DNA of 43,647 bases, taken from the IMG/VR virus record IMGVR_UViG_3300027612_000009, positions 1 to 43,647 of that record; one strand, written 5' to 3'. Numbering within the stretch: position 1 is the first letter of the stretch; the number at the start of each line of letters is the position of its first letter. Of the stretch, positions 25,190 to 34,013 are shown piece after piece. The notes beneath the pieces were generated by a model. It worked only from the letters and a program-made list of their open reading frames with translations, was not told the DNA's origin and did not search any database. A program made the translations under genes and the position numbers. This stretch comes from a virus. Its lineage: Duplodnaviria > Caudoviricetes.

Positions 25190-26812
25190 CTAATGCGTTG
25201 GTGCCCGGCGTCTGATCCGGGAAAGGGTTTCGTAGGGGTTGGCGGCTGCGGTGCCTGCGTCAAAGCCTTGGGCGAACTGGCGGAAGGCGTCTGCGGCCTC
25301 TGAGTGGCCGTCCTGCTTCTCGGGTTCGTCGGTCCAGTCCTGGACGCGGGTGCTATATTTCTTGTGGTAGGCTTCGAGGTGCGCGATGCCCTCTTTGCAG
25401 CCTTCTGCGTCAAACCAGCATGTGTGGAACAGGTCGCGGGTGAGCGTGATGCCGTGCTGTAGATCGGAGACGCGCGGGACGATCTCGAACCGCCAATCGG
25501 GCGCAAGCTCGCGCAAGAGGTCGATTGGTTTGCCGACGCGGTGCTGCATCTGGCGCTCGTGCCCTGCGTCGTGGGGCAGGTAATGCGTTCCGAACACCTG
25601 CCCGGTTTCGCGCAGGGCGTTGACGTAGTGGCTGTAGCCCTTGGCCCAATCCTCGATAAAAAGCGGAAACCTGTGCTGCATGCCGACGCGCTGCATGCAC
25701 CAGATAGCCGTGCCGTCGCCTGATCCGATGTCCCAAAACGTGTGAACCGGGACGTGGGAAACAAAAGGAACGGTCCCGATGCGCCCCTCGGCGCGGGCGC
25801 GGTTGATCTGCGGGGTGTAGTAGGTGCCTGCGTTGCTCTTCTGCCAACACTCTTCGGGTGTCGACGGGTATTCCCGCCACATGGACTCCGCGTCACCGGC
25901 TTGCTCGTATTCCAGTGTGGAGACGTACCAGCGGCGCTGTCGAATATCGAGTTTGATGCCCATCTGCCGCTCAACATCATCGAAATACTTGTGCTGTGTG
26001 GGGCTGATCGGTGTGCGGTCGCCTTCTGGCGCGCGGTATTGCGGCATGTCGTGCCACGGATAGAAATGAAACCGGAACTCCTTGCGGCCAAGCGGACGAG
26101 CAACCTGGGCGCGCTTCTCTGCGCGGGTGCTGATCTCGTAGAAAAAGCCTGCTTTGCCTTCTGCGGTGGATTCGATGATCGCAATCCCGGTGTCAGGCAC
26201 GGCAGGGAGCGAGCCTGTCTTGATTTCCAGCGCCTTCTTGGGCGATTCCGCAGCGATCTTGCCAAGCTCGGAAATGTGGAGGCGGTGGATCGTGCCGGAT
26301 CGCATCGAGGTAGAGACGCGGATCGAGGATCCGTTGTGTGCAAAGATCAGCGTGCTTTCAGTCGCCTTTTTGAGAGGCATGATCAGGCGCAGCAATTCGG
26401 GCATGTTGTCGTAAGCGAAGCGCACCTTGTCGCGGAAGATCACCTCTGCGTCGTCAATCTTGTGGGCGATGATGCCGACACGCTGGCTGGGCACGAAGAG
26501 CGCGTGATCGAGCCAGAGGATGGAAACCAAGGTCGTGAACCCCAACTGACGGGCTTTGAGGATCACATTGCGATTGTGAAGGCGCTCGATGAACCTGCGC
26601 TGCGCGCGGTTTGGCTTGAACGGGACGACCTCGCCTTCGTCGTCGTCGCCGTTTTTGGTGATGATCTTGTAGATCTGGCCGGAACAGATGCGCCAGATTG
26701 GGTCCGCGATGGCGTAAAGCCATTCCTGTTCCGACTGTGGAACGTAATCGAGAGGGACCGTGCCGGGCTCCGGGAGGTCTATGCGCGCCTGTACGCCCAT
26801 ATCATTGCCCAT
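25190..26812 (-). CDS. terL: Terminase large subunit
   Basis: PFKPNRAQ, RNVILKARQLGFTT (Walker A), LHISE (Walker B), IIESTAEG, WDIGSGDGTAIW, HSEAADAFR. Confidence 0.95.
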   Translation of the reverse strand: MGNDMGVQARIDLPEPGTVPLDYVPQSEQEWLYAIADPIWRICSGQIYKIITKNGDDDEGEVVPFKPNRAQRRFIERLHNRNVILKARQLGFTTLVSILWLDHALFVPSQRVGIIAHKIDDAEVIFRDKVRFAYDNMPELLRLIMPLKKATESTLIFAHNGSSIRVSTSMRSGTIHRLHISELGKIAAESPKKALEIKTGSLPAVPDTGIAIIESTAEGKAGFFYEISTRAEKRAQVARPLGRKEFRFHFYPWHDMPQYRAPEGDRTPISPTQHKYFDDVERQMGIKLDIRQRRWYVSTLEYEQAGDAESMWREYPSTPEECWQKSNAGTYYTPQINRARAEGRIGTVPFVSHVPVHTFWDIGSGDGTAIWCMQRVGMQHRFPLFIEDWAKGYSHYVNALRETGQVFGTHYLPHDAGHERQMQHRVGKPIDLLRELAPDWRFEIVPRVSDLQHGITLTRDLFHTCWFDAEGCKEGIAHLEAYHKKYSTRVQDWTDEPEKQDGHSEAADAFRQFAQGFDAGTAAANPYETLSRIRRRAPTH

Positions 26813-26985
26813 TCTCGACGGGCCGCCGCGCGTTGATGCTCTTGGCTGGGTTTATGAAGGACGGCGCTGGTTGAACGGAACAAGCCCCAGCGGTATCGCC
26901 CCCTGCCGGGCCCAGACCGTGCAGAACACCCTTTTTGAAGCGGGGTGCAGTTGCCCCGCCAAAGGAGTCCCGGCAGCTTCGAATC

Positions 26986-27234
26986 CTACGAATTGTCATG
27001 TGCCTGCACCTCGGCCTGTGCCACCATGTCGGCGGCGCGCTGTGCGGCTGCGAGAGACGCGGCGTAGAAGTCTCGGGGGCTTTTTGCGTACTTGGCGCGC
27101 AAGCCTTCATAGAGCTTCACGCGGTCGCGTGCTTTCTCGAATGGATATTCATCGAGGTGTGACCTGCCTTGCACCTTGACGGTGCGCTGCGCTTGGTCGA
27201 CCACGATGCGCTTTCCGGCGACGAAGGAGATCAT
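26986..27234 (-). CDS. Hypothetical protein
   Basis: Translationally coupled ORF in the terS-terL cluster; GGAGG SD. Confidence 0.65.
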   Translation of the reverse strand: MISFVAGKRIVVDQAQRTVKVQGRSHLDEYPFEKARDRVKLYEGLRAKYAKSPRDFYAASLAAAQRAADMVAQAEVQAHDNS

Positions 27235-27494
27235 GCGTAAGCCTCCCCGCTGCGCATCGCGACATCCACCGGAAATCGGTCAGGGCGGCCGGTGTGGTTT
27301 GCCGTCAGCCTCTTTGACCATCCCTTGCGCTGGCACACGGCCTGCACCGTGCGCAGGCTCAAGCCTGTCTCGTCCGCGAGGTCCTGCATCGTGCAGTCCC
27401 AATCAACAGCCTCGGCGGCGCGCCAGATCAGGAAGCTGTTGACGGCTTCGATGCGCGTGCGGTGGTGCGCTGTGTGGAAGGGCTGGCGGCTCAC
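27231..27494 (-). CDS. Small HTH DNA-binding protein
   Basis: CTMQDLADETGLSLRTVQAVCQRKGW. Confidence 0.7.
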   Translation of the reverse strand: MSRQPFHTAHHRTRIEAVNSFLIWRAAEAVDWDCTMQDLADETGLSLRTVQAVCQRKGWSKRLTANHTGRPDRFPVDVAMRSGEAYA

Positions 27495-27832
27495 TGCGCT
27501 CGCGCCTCATGTTCGGGCACACGCACGGTGTTTGCGGAAACCGGGTTGAGCGCGCGCTGACGGAAAAAACCTTTGTGTTGCAGGTTGCGATGCTCCCAAA
27601 GTCGCGCGTATCTGGATGTGAAGTTGTTGTTGAGCTTCACTGGCCCACTGCCGCGCGTCAGGACCATCGTTTCCCAACGGATGCGCTCGAAGATCAGTTT
27701 TGCGGAGCCGTGCGGATAGCGCGCGCCAATCAATTCGCGGGTGAAGCGGTCGAATAGGTTGTAGACCTCTGGGTTGGCCTCATGGAACACCCAGAATGCT
27801 TCGTTGATCTCGTCGCGGTATCCTCGGCTCAT
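27491..27832 (-). CDS. Conserved phage hypothetical protein
   Basis: FHEANPEVY..SAKLIFERIRWE..KLNNNFTSRYARL. Confidence 0.75.
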   Translation of the reverse strand: MSRGYRDEINEAFWVFHEANPEVYNLFDRFTRELIGARYPHGSAKLIFERIRWETMVLTRGSGPVKLNNNFTSRYARLWEHRNLQHKGFFRQRALNPVSANTVRVPEHEARAQ

Positions 27833-28467
27833 GGCTCGACCTCCACACGCTCGACCACTTCGGCGTCTTCGATGGGCGTCATGGGGCGCTGTGGGCGCGC
27901 TGTGGCTTGGTCTGCCAGTGCCGGGGTGATCGGTTCAGCGAGGGGCAGCGGGCGCGCTGCGGCCTGCATCATCAGCTCTGCGAACCGCTTGAGCGGATCG
28001 TCTGCGGTTTCGCCGCCGAAGAGCTTGAAGTGCTGACCCAAGAGCTTGACGCCATCCGTTTTTGACCAGAACTCGATCTCGGTGACGTGAACCGGATCCT
28101 CGTCTTTCTTGCCGGGCTGGGTCGTGACCTTGACCTTCTTGATCGCCCCGGCGGTGTCGTCGTCCAGATCTTGCACGGCCTTGAGGTTGCCATCTTCATC
28201 GAAGAGCTTGCGGATGTCGGAGAAGGCCAGCCGGGCGGCTTCGATCAGGGTTTGCTCGGCGTTGATTTCGAGCTTTCGGATAACCTTTTTCGCAGCAAGA
28301 CCCTGAATTTCCTCGATTCTTGCCGTGACCTTCTCATTTCCACTCAGCCTCGCGGCGTTGCCATCGTGGCGCTTGTACCCGGCTTTGACGTAGGCCCAAG
28401 ACGCGCTGACGCCCTTGGCGCGCTCCTGGGCGAAAAGCTCGTGTTTCGGGTTTGAGAGCGGCGGCAT
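27829..28467 (-). CDS. terS: Terminase small subunit
   Basis: LSNPKHELFAQE..AYVKAGY..AARL..V.ARIEE; LAFSDIRKLFDEDGNL..KLLGQH..LF. Confidence 0.9.
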   Translation of the reverse strand: MPPLSNPKHELFAQERAKGVSASWAYVKAGYKRHDGNAARLSGNEKVTARIEEIQGLAAKKVIRKLEINAEQTLIEAARLAFSDIRKLFDEDGNLKAVQDLDDDTAGAIKKVKVTTQPGKKDEDPVHVTEIEFWSKTDGVKLLGQHFKLFGGETADDPLKRFAELMMQAAARPLPLAEPITPALADQATARPQRPMTPIEDAEVVERVEVEP

Positions 28468-28573
28468 CGGTGGTTCCAGGCTGGTGCGGTCTGCTAATTA
28501 TTTGCATAAATTGGGCGGCCCAGCAAGCGTGTCAAAGCCCCTTCATATTCCAAAAATTGAATGAAAAAAACCA

Positions 28574-28720
28574 TCCCCCTGCTAAGGGGGTAAGGGGGTT
28601 ATATTCTTATCTTATCTTATATGCTCGCATTTTGTTCGCGTAGGTTACTGATTTTAATAAATCTTTTTTCTAAACCAGCGCAAAACCAAATCAAGACCAG
28701 CGCAAAACCAGCGCAAAACC
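28574..28720. repeat. Iteron-like repeats and AT-rich tract (putative replication origin)
   Basis: ACCAGCGCAAAACC at 28674, 28696 and 28707; adjacent AT-rich stretch and (TCTTA)x3. Confidence 0.55.
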
Positions 28721-28790
28721 TTGCAAGTTTTGACCGACCTCAGTTGCGAGTGAGTCGCAAAACGCGCGAAAATCTGGGCCCAAAAAAAAC

Positions 28791-28822
28791 TTGATCAATG
28801 TTAATTTTTAGCAGTATGCTAA
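28791..28822 (+). promoter_or_regulatory. Early promoter with overlapping operator
   Basis: TTGATC-18-TATGCT overlapped by the palindrome TTAGCA-gta-TGCTAA (28808-28822). Confidence 0.6.
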
Positions 28823-28851
28823 AGGCATAACCCTTAACCCTTGGAGCAAAA

Positions 28852-29109
28852 ATGACCCCGAATCCTGACCACGAATTTCACTATGTGAGCGCCATCGACG
28901 GCGACCGTTGTTACTTGATCGCTGGCCCTTACGAGAGCCATGAGACCGCCTTGGAGCGCGTCAATGATGTCCGCGCTATTGCCTGTGATCACAGCCGCAA
29001 TCGTTCGGCAGGCCGGGCGCATTTCATGGCGTGGGGCACCGCTTCCAGCGCCGAGCCTATCCCTACACGGCTGGGCCCGACTCTTGAGCGTGTTGGGGTG
29101 ACAGCATGA
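28852..29109 (+). CDS. Hypothetical protein
   Basis: GGAG SD; first gene of a coupled rightward operon. Confidence 0.75.
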   Translation: MTPNPDHEFHYVSAIDGDRCYLIAGPYESHETALERVNDVRAIACDHSRNRSAGRAHFMAWGTASSAEPIPTRLGPTLERVGVTA

Positions 29110-29471
29110 GCAAGCGTGTCCCTGCATATCCCGACTACATGGCCCCAGCAGAGCGCCGGATTATCGACAAGCTGATCTGTGACGCACTGGACATGGGCTG
29201 CACTATCAGCGTTGGCGACGGCTGCGAATACGCCGTCAAGCGCTCGACTGATTACACCGCGATTACGCGCGAGGTGGCCGCTTGCGATGAAATGGTGCTG
29301 CGCATCCGCCGAGGCGACCAGCATGCCGCGTTTTTCTTCGTGCATGGCAATGAGCCCTACGAAGTGCTGAACGATCACACCGACACCGCTTTCGCGCGGG
29401 CGCTTTGGTCCGGTGCCGAAAAAGTGCGCGCGATGGTTGAGAAGCGTATGCTTGGGAGGGCTGCGGCATGA
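29106..29471 (+). CDS. Hypothetical protein
   Basis: ATGA-coupled; VHGNEP.EVLNDHT motif. Confidence 0.75.
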   Translation: MSKRVPAYPDYMAPAERRIIDKLICDALDMGCTISVGDGCEYAVKRSTDYTAITREVAACDEMVLRIRRGDQHAAFFFVHGNEPYEVLNDHTDTAFARALWSGAEKVRAMVEKRMLGRAAA

Positions 29472-29911
29472 GCAGCACACACACACCCATCGCGGTTTTT
29501 GCGGGGGGAGAGGCTTTTGCCTCGACCCTCCACGCTCTGATTGACGCGGACGACGGTATTCGTGGCGAACAGGAGTGGATCATAAGAGCTATCGCTCATG
29601 GCGAGACATTTCACGGCGGCGGTGGTGCGGCGGCTGAGTTTTACATCGTGCCGCTGCACCATCGTGACGCCCCGTCACATGCCGCTGAAAAGCTCACCCT
29701 AGACCAAATGAGCGATTTGCTGCGCTTGTTTTGCGAAGCGCGCGGGCTCCCTTTTCGCTCCGCTGACGAGCTTCAAGCAGAGGTTCTTGAGCACGATTTG
29801 GGCTCGCCAGAGGTGATTAACTGGCTCTCCGATTACAGCGAAGCCTACATGGATCACCGCGAATACTGTAGCGGGCCAGATCTGACCAAGATCGACGGGG
29901 AAGCGGTATGA
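29468..29911 (+). CDS. Hypothetical protein
   Basis: ATGA-coupled; GGAGG SD; HGGGGAAAEF motif. Confidence 0.7.
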   Translation: MSSTHTPIAVFAGGEAFASTLHALIDADDGIRGEQEWIIRAIAHGETFHGGGGAAAEFYIVPLHHRDAPSHAAEKLTLDQMSDLLRLFCEARGLPFRSADELQAEVLEHDLGSPEVINWLSDYSEAYMDHREYCSGPDLTKIDGEAV

Positions 29912-30087
29912 GCCGGATCCCAAACACCCCGCCATCACATCAACACCGGGAGCGGCGTGTGCCGCTCTCGAAGATCGTGCGTGCCGGTCTGGCCCAGAAG
30001 AGCAGTTTGGCGCAGCGCAAGAAGGCTATCTCGCTGCCCCCTGCCCCGTGGATTAACAAGGAGAAAACCCGCCATGCAGGCAAATGA
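29908..30087 (+). CDS. Small basic hypothetical protein, 59 aa (not in track)
   Basis: MSRIPNTPP..KAISLPPAPWINKEKTRHAGK; ATGA-coupled. Confidence 0.55.
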   Translation: MSRIPNTPPSHQHRERRVPLSKIVRAGLAQKSSLAQRKKAISLPPAPWINKEKTRHAGK

Positions 30088-30358
30088 CGATTGGAGCCCT
30101 TGGGTCACTTTGAGCCTTGATCGCGCATTTCCCTTTCGCGCGGGGGATTATGTGCGCATCCGCACGTTCGTGGATTGCGCGCCGTTTCGCGCGGCTGAGA
30201 GCTACATCACCGACGCGCTGATACTGGACTATGTGCGCGCGCTTTTGTGCTGCCGTCCGGGTATTGACAGCATCGAGGCCAGCGTGCGCCGTCCGCGTGG
30301 TCTCAAAATGCTCGAAGACCTGATCGAAAACCTGCCGGTGAAGGTTGTTCACGAATGA
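30074..30358 (+). CDS. Hypothetical protein
   Basis: AAGGAG SD; MQANDDWSPW. Confidence 0.7.
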   Translation: MQANDDWSPWVTLSLDRAFPFRAGDYVRIRTFVDCAPFRAAESYITDALILDYVRALLCCRPGIDSIEASVRRPRGLKMLEDLIENLPVKVVHE

Positions 30359-30513
30359 AAGACATCATCGACAACACCGACTTTTGCCGTCGCTGCGATG
30401 GCGAAGGCGGACACCGCGAACAGACAGAGCGCGGCACATGGATCACTGAACCGTGCGACTGGTGCCGTGGCACTGGCCTGCGCACTATCACCGTTGGGAA
30501 GAGGGTTGCCTGA
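30355..30513 (+). CDS. Small DnaJ-type zinc-finger protein, 52 aa (not in track)
   Basis: CRRCDGEGG..PCDWCRGTG. Confidence 0.7.
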   Translation: MKDIIDNTDFCRRCDGEGGHREQTERGTWITEPCDWCRGTGLRTITVGKRVA

Positions 30514-30514
30514 C

Positions 30515-30910
30515 ATGCCGACAATTCCGAGACAGACCGCATTGACGGAGGAAATGGTGGCGTCCGTTCTGCCTTATGGCGAGCAGAAAACGTCGCGCGA
30601 AATACTTGCAGAGCTTGGGTTGACTGAGAAGATCAGCGGCTTTGCTGTTGGCGGAATTTTGAAGCAGATGGCACGCGATGGATTCTTGTCGATCGACCAC
30701 GGCACGAACCGTGCAAACAAGTGGTCGCGTGTGCGTGATCCAGTGCCTACACCGCCCGACGATGGTCAGGACAGGATCCTCGGCGTGGTTGTCGAGCGCG
30801 TTTCCGTAGGCGGTAGCGAATCCGACTATTTCGGCACGTCGCGCGACAAAGCCGCGCTGATCACCCTGCCCAAGATGCCAAAACTGAAATCCGTGGAGGC
30901 CAACACATGA
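30515..30910 (+). CDS. Winged-helix-like hypothetical protein
   Basis: KTSREILAELGL..VGGILKQMARDGFL; GAGG SD. Confidence 0.65.
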   Translation: MPTIPRQTALTEEMVASVLPYGEQKTSREILAELGLTEKISGFAVGGILKQMARDGFLSIDHGTNRANKWSRVRDPVPTPPDDGQDRILGVVVERVSVGGSESDYFGTSRDKAALITLPKMPKLKSVEANT

Positions 30911-31074
30911 AGGATTGTTCGCAAATTTCCCGCACGGAAGACCCGACTTGCAGCGCTGGCCCTTGGAAACATGCGCCAATTAAGCGCGCCCAGCCCCGCT
31001 CTATTGGCCCGCTGTGCGTCTGCCTGATCGGCGTCATTGTTGCCGTCTTCGGCCTCACTCTGATCTCGGGATAA
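30907..31074 (+). CDS. Small single-TM membrane protein, 55 aa (not in track)
   Basis: GGAGG SD; C-terminal IGPLCVCLIGVIVAVFGLTLISG. Confidence 0.55.
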   Translation: MKDCSQISRTEDPTCSAGPWKHAPIKRAQPRSIGPLCVCLIGVIVAVFGLTLISG

Positions 31075-31270
31075 TCCACCACTCACGGTAGGCCCAGCGG
31101 GCGGTGGCCCAAAACACCCGCAGCGGGGGCGCAATCCTCCCTGGCATATGCTCCGTCGCTCGGAAAACAGCGTGATGTGGTGCCCGGATAAACCGGTAGT
31201 TCCTGTGTCCCTGCTTGTTTCCGACGACTGCGTGACCCCGCAAACTGACATGAGAACGAAAGGATCCGCC

Positions 31271-31609
31271 ATGTCTCACCTCAACCACAGCGTCAATTTC
31301 TTGGAGCTGATGCAATCCTTCCGCCGCGGTGAATTGCTCCGCACCGCTGATCGCGAGCTGGCCAAGGTCATGGAAGCCATGTCCGAAACCGGCGGCGATG
31401 GCTCCATCACGATCAAGATTCCGCTCAAGTTCAACAAGGCGGGACAGGTAGAAGTCACACCCTCGATCACCTCGAAGATCCCGCAGCGCCCGATGGGCAC
31501 CGGCATCTACTTTGCGGACGATGATGGCCGCTTGAGCCGTCGCGACCCGAACCAGCTCGACATCGAGGACGAGATCGAGCGCCGCCGCACCATCGGCGTC
31601 ACAGACTGA
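31271..31609 (+). CDS. Conserved prophage protein, usual upstream partner of DUF2303
   Basis: RRGEL..ETGGDGSITIKI..YFADDDGRLSRRDPNQ; AAAGGA SD. Confidence 0.85.
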   Translation: MSHLNHSVNFLELMQSFRRGELLRTADRELAKVMEAMSETGGDGSITIKIPLKFNKAGQVEVTPSITSKIPQRPMGTGIYFADDDGRLSRRDPNQLDIEDEIERRRTIGVTD

Positions 31610-31635
31610 TCTGCAACCACAGGAGACCGCAAAAA

Positions 31636-32469
31636 ATGACCGAAACACCTACATACCCGGACCCGCGCGGCGCGCTGGACACAGCGATCGAGGCGGCGCG
31701 CATTGCCAATCCGATCATCGAGCATGCGAACGGGCGCAAGCACGCCTTTGTGCCGGATGGCTTCACTCTTACAGACATCAGCGACCCTGACCGCCTGCCG
31801 CCGCATATCAAGCAGTCGATCACGCTGAATGACCGGTCGTCGCTAATCGGCTATGTGAATCGGTTTTCCGATGACAGGTCCATCCTGATCGCCAATTACG
31901 ACACGTCGACCATTACCGCGCGGCTGGACTGGCACACAGACAACGATGTGCAGGATGTTTGGGAAGCAGTTTCGCCACAACCGTGCCAGCACACAGCAAC
32001 CTTCAAGATCGCCAACAGCCTCGAGTATGCCCGGTGGTCGAAGATGGAAGGCGAAATGCACAGCCAAGCGGATTTTGCGCTGTTCATCGAAGAGAACGTG
32101 TCGGACATCATCGACCCGGATCACGGCGAGATCATCGAGATTTGCCGCGACCTCGAAGCCACCCAGGGCGCGCAGTTCAAATCCCGCACCCGCCTCGAAA
32201 ACGGCGATACGGCGTTCAAGTACGAGACCGAAACCCGCGTCACCAATGACGTGGTGGTGCCCGACGAAATCAGGCTCTCAATCCCCCTCTATTACGGTGA
32301 AGAGCCGACCGAGATCCGCGCCAAGTTCCGCTTCCGTGTGTCTGGCGGTGGGCTTCTGCTCGGGTTCAAGTGGCATCGCGTCGAATACCAGCGGCAAGCC
32401 AAGTTTCAGGAAATGGCATTCGACGCCTCTGAACAGACGGGCCGACCGATTTTCTTCGGCGCAGCCTGA
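31636..32469 (+). CDS. DUF2303 (YfdQ-like) protein
   Basis: SLIGYVNRF..SQADFALFIEEN..RLENG..IPLYYG..FRFR. Confidence 0.88.
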   Translation: MTETPTYPDPRGALDTAIEAARIANPIIEHANGRKHAFVPDGFTLTDISDPDRLPPHIKQSITLNDRSSLIGYVNRFSDDRSILIANYDTSTITARLDWHTDNDVQDVWEAVSPQPCQHTATFKIANSLEYARWSKMEGEMHSQADFALFIEENVSDIIDPDHGEIIEICRDLEATQGAQFKSRTRLENGDTAFKYETETRVTNDVVVPDEIRLSIPLYYGEEPTEIRAKFRFRVSGGGLLLGFKWHRVEYQRQAKFQEMAFDASEQTGRPIFFGAA

Positions 32470-32486
32470 TCACGACCATAAATCAT

Positions 32487-32510
32487 GCCCTCTCCGATTA
32501 AGGAGAGGGC
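32487..32510. terminator. Hairpin after DUF2303 gene
   Basis: gccctctcc-gattaa-ggagagggc. Confidence 0.5.
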
Positions 32511-32563
32511 GAATATCTATCCGCCGATCAGCACACCGCCAAACACTGAGGATTAAGACCGCT

Positions 32564-32965
32564 ATGCAACACCCTTTCGACTTCGACAGTCTGGAAATGT
32601 CTGCCCGAGCGCAAGGCGCGCTGCGCCAGCTTGGAGTTACATCGCTCGATGAGCTGATCACAGTCCGCGAAGCAGACGTTCGGAGCCTGCGCAACGCTGG
32701 CAACAAAACTTGGGCAGAAATCGCTGACCTCCAGGTTCAAGCCCTGCGGAAAATGGCCGAGACCTCCGCTGTGTCTGCAGATCGGCCGGCGCCAGCCGAG
32801 ACCGACTTGCGCGACCGCTTCGCTGAGGCCGCGCTTGTGGGCCTACCGCACCTTTGCTCGCAGGACACTTTGCTGGACGGTATCTCCTTCGAGCAACACG
32901 TCGCTCGCAACGCATACAAGATTGCCGACGCGATGCTTGCAGCCCGTTCCATCGGCGCAGCCTGA
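32564..32965 (+). CDS. RNA polymerase alpha-CTD-like domain fused to a small phage helical domain
   Basis: DSLEMSARAQGALRQLGVTSLDEL..EADVRSLRNAGNKTWAEI; C-terminal LRDRFAEAAL..AYKIADAMLAAR; GAGG SD. Confidence 0.8.
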   Translation: MQHPFDFDSLEMSARAQGALRQLGVTSLDELITVREADVRSLRNAGNKTWAEIADLQVQALRKMAETSAVSADRPAPAETDLRDRFAEAALVGLPHLCSQDTLLDGISFEQHVARNAYKIADAMLAARSIGAA

Positions 32966-33006
32966 TACTTTCCTGAACCCCATTTGGATTTTGCGCCAAT
33001 AAGCCC

Positions 33007-33033
33007 GCCCTCGCCCGAAAGGCGGGGGCTTTT
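33007..33033 (+). terminator. Rho-independent terminator
   Basis: gccctcgcc-cgaaa-ggcgggggc-tttt. Confidence 0.65.
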
Positions 33034-33052
33034 CACAAAAGGAACAACCCCG

Positions 33053-33331
33053 ATGCAACTCCCTACCCACCTTGGCGATGGCGCCTACCTCGACCACGAT
33101 GGCTATCAGTTCTGGCTGGCCGTGAACGATCACCGGAATCGCGTCGTCGCACTGGACCCCGGCGCGTACCGTCAATTCATCGAGGCCAGCACGACCGTTG
33201 CTGCCCAGCGGATGTTCGGCCACGAGCTGATGGCGACGATGCTGGAGACCATCGCTCGCAAGTTGCGCGACGCCGCCCCGGCCCCGCAGGCCGATCCAGA
33301 TGATGATTTCGACGTGCTGGAGGATGACTGA
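33053..33331 (+). CDS. Hypothetical protein
   Basis: AAAGGA SD; HLGDGAY..DGYQFWL..VALDP. Confidence 0.75.
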   Translation: MQLPTHLGDGAYLDHDGYQFWLAVNDHRNRVVALDPGAYRQFIEASTTVAAQRMFGHELMATMLETIARKLRDAAPAPQADPDDDFDVLEDD

Positions 33332-33332
33332 C

Positions 33333-33680
33333 ATGAGTGAAGTTCTGCCCTGCCCATTTTGCGGCAAAGAAATGTCGGTGTCGAAATCCGGCATGGCGAC
33401 ACACTTTGATCAATCTCAAGATACCTGCATAATCGGAACGATGGGCATCCCGACTGATCATCCGGCTTCTGTTGCTGCATGGAACACCCGCGCAGACGCC
33501 GCCGAACGAGATGCCTTGCGGGCTGAGAACGAGCGGCTGCGGAAGGTGCTAAACTTCGCAGACCACATGCACCGAACTGTGAAGAGCTGGCAGAAATACG
33601 GGAATACAACACATTCCTCGATACAGGCGTGCTTAAACGCTTATGAGAAATCCCGAAACGAACCATCAAGCAATCTTTGA
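33333..33680 (+). CDS. Lar-family (restriction alleviation) protein
   Basis: LPCPFCG..VAAWNTRA. Confidence 0.75.
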   Translation: MSEVLPCPFCGKEMSVSKSGMATHFDQSQDTCIIGTMGIPTDHPASVAAWNTRADAAERDALRAENERLRKVLNFADHMHRTVKSWQKYGNTTHSSIQACLNAYEKSRNEPSSNL

Positions 33681-33699
33681 CAGTTGCCGCCACAAAAAC

Positions 33700-33733
33700 C
33701 CCGGCGCGGCAGTTTGAGGCAATCCGCGCCGGG
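33700..33733. terminator. Inverted repeat between convergent operons
   Basis: cccggcgcgg...ccgcgccggg 10-bp stem. Confidence 0.6.
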
Positions 33734-33833
33734 TCATATCGCGTATGGGGTACACGATAACCGCTGAAGCGCGCGGCCCGCATGCCCCCGAGGTAGCAGG
33801 TTCGCCGAGATTGTCAAAACAGCGCCGGCTGTG

Positions 33834-34013
33834 TCACTCGCCCTTTTCCTTCCTGATCTTGTCAAAGATGGATTTCCGCGCCGTCGTCCAGTTGGTGTAT
33901 CCAGCCTGTGTCGCCGCCATCAGTTCGGCCATATACCGAGTGCATCCATCGCCTTCCTGAATGATGGCCGCGCGCTCTTCGAGGCAATCAAGCTCTATCT
34001 CCGCTTCGGTCAT
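33834..34013 (-). CDS. Small hypothetical protein, 59 aa (not in track)
   Basis: MTEAEIELDCLEERAAIIQEGDGCTRYMAE; EERAAI motif common near phage replication genes; ATGA-coupled. Confidence 0.7.
   Translation of the reverse strand: MTEAEIELDCLEERAAIIQEGDGCTRYMAELMAATQAGYTNWTTARKSIFDKIRKEKGE

Noticed and set aside
28674-28720. CRISPR or mini-array
   Set aside because: Repeats are 11-14 bp and nearly tandem, with no spacer-length unique sequences and no cas genes
31946-32563. 339-aa ORF 31946..32965 as a single gene
   Set aside because: The upstream part overlaps DUF2303 out of frame; the real start is ATG 32564 with a GAGG SD
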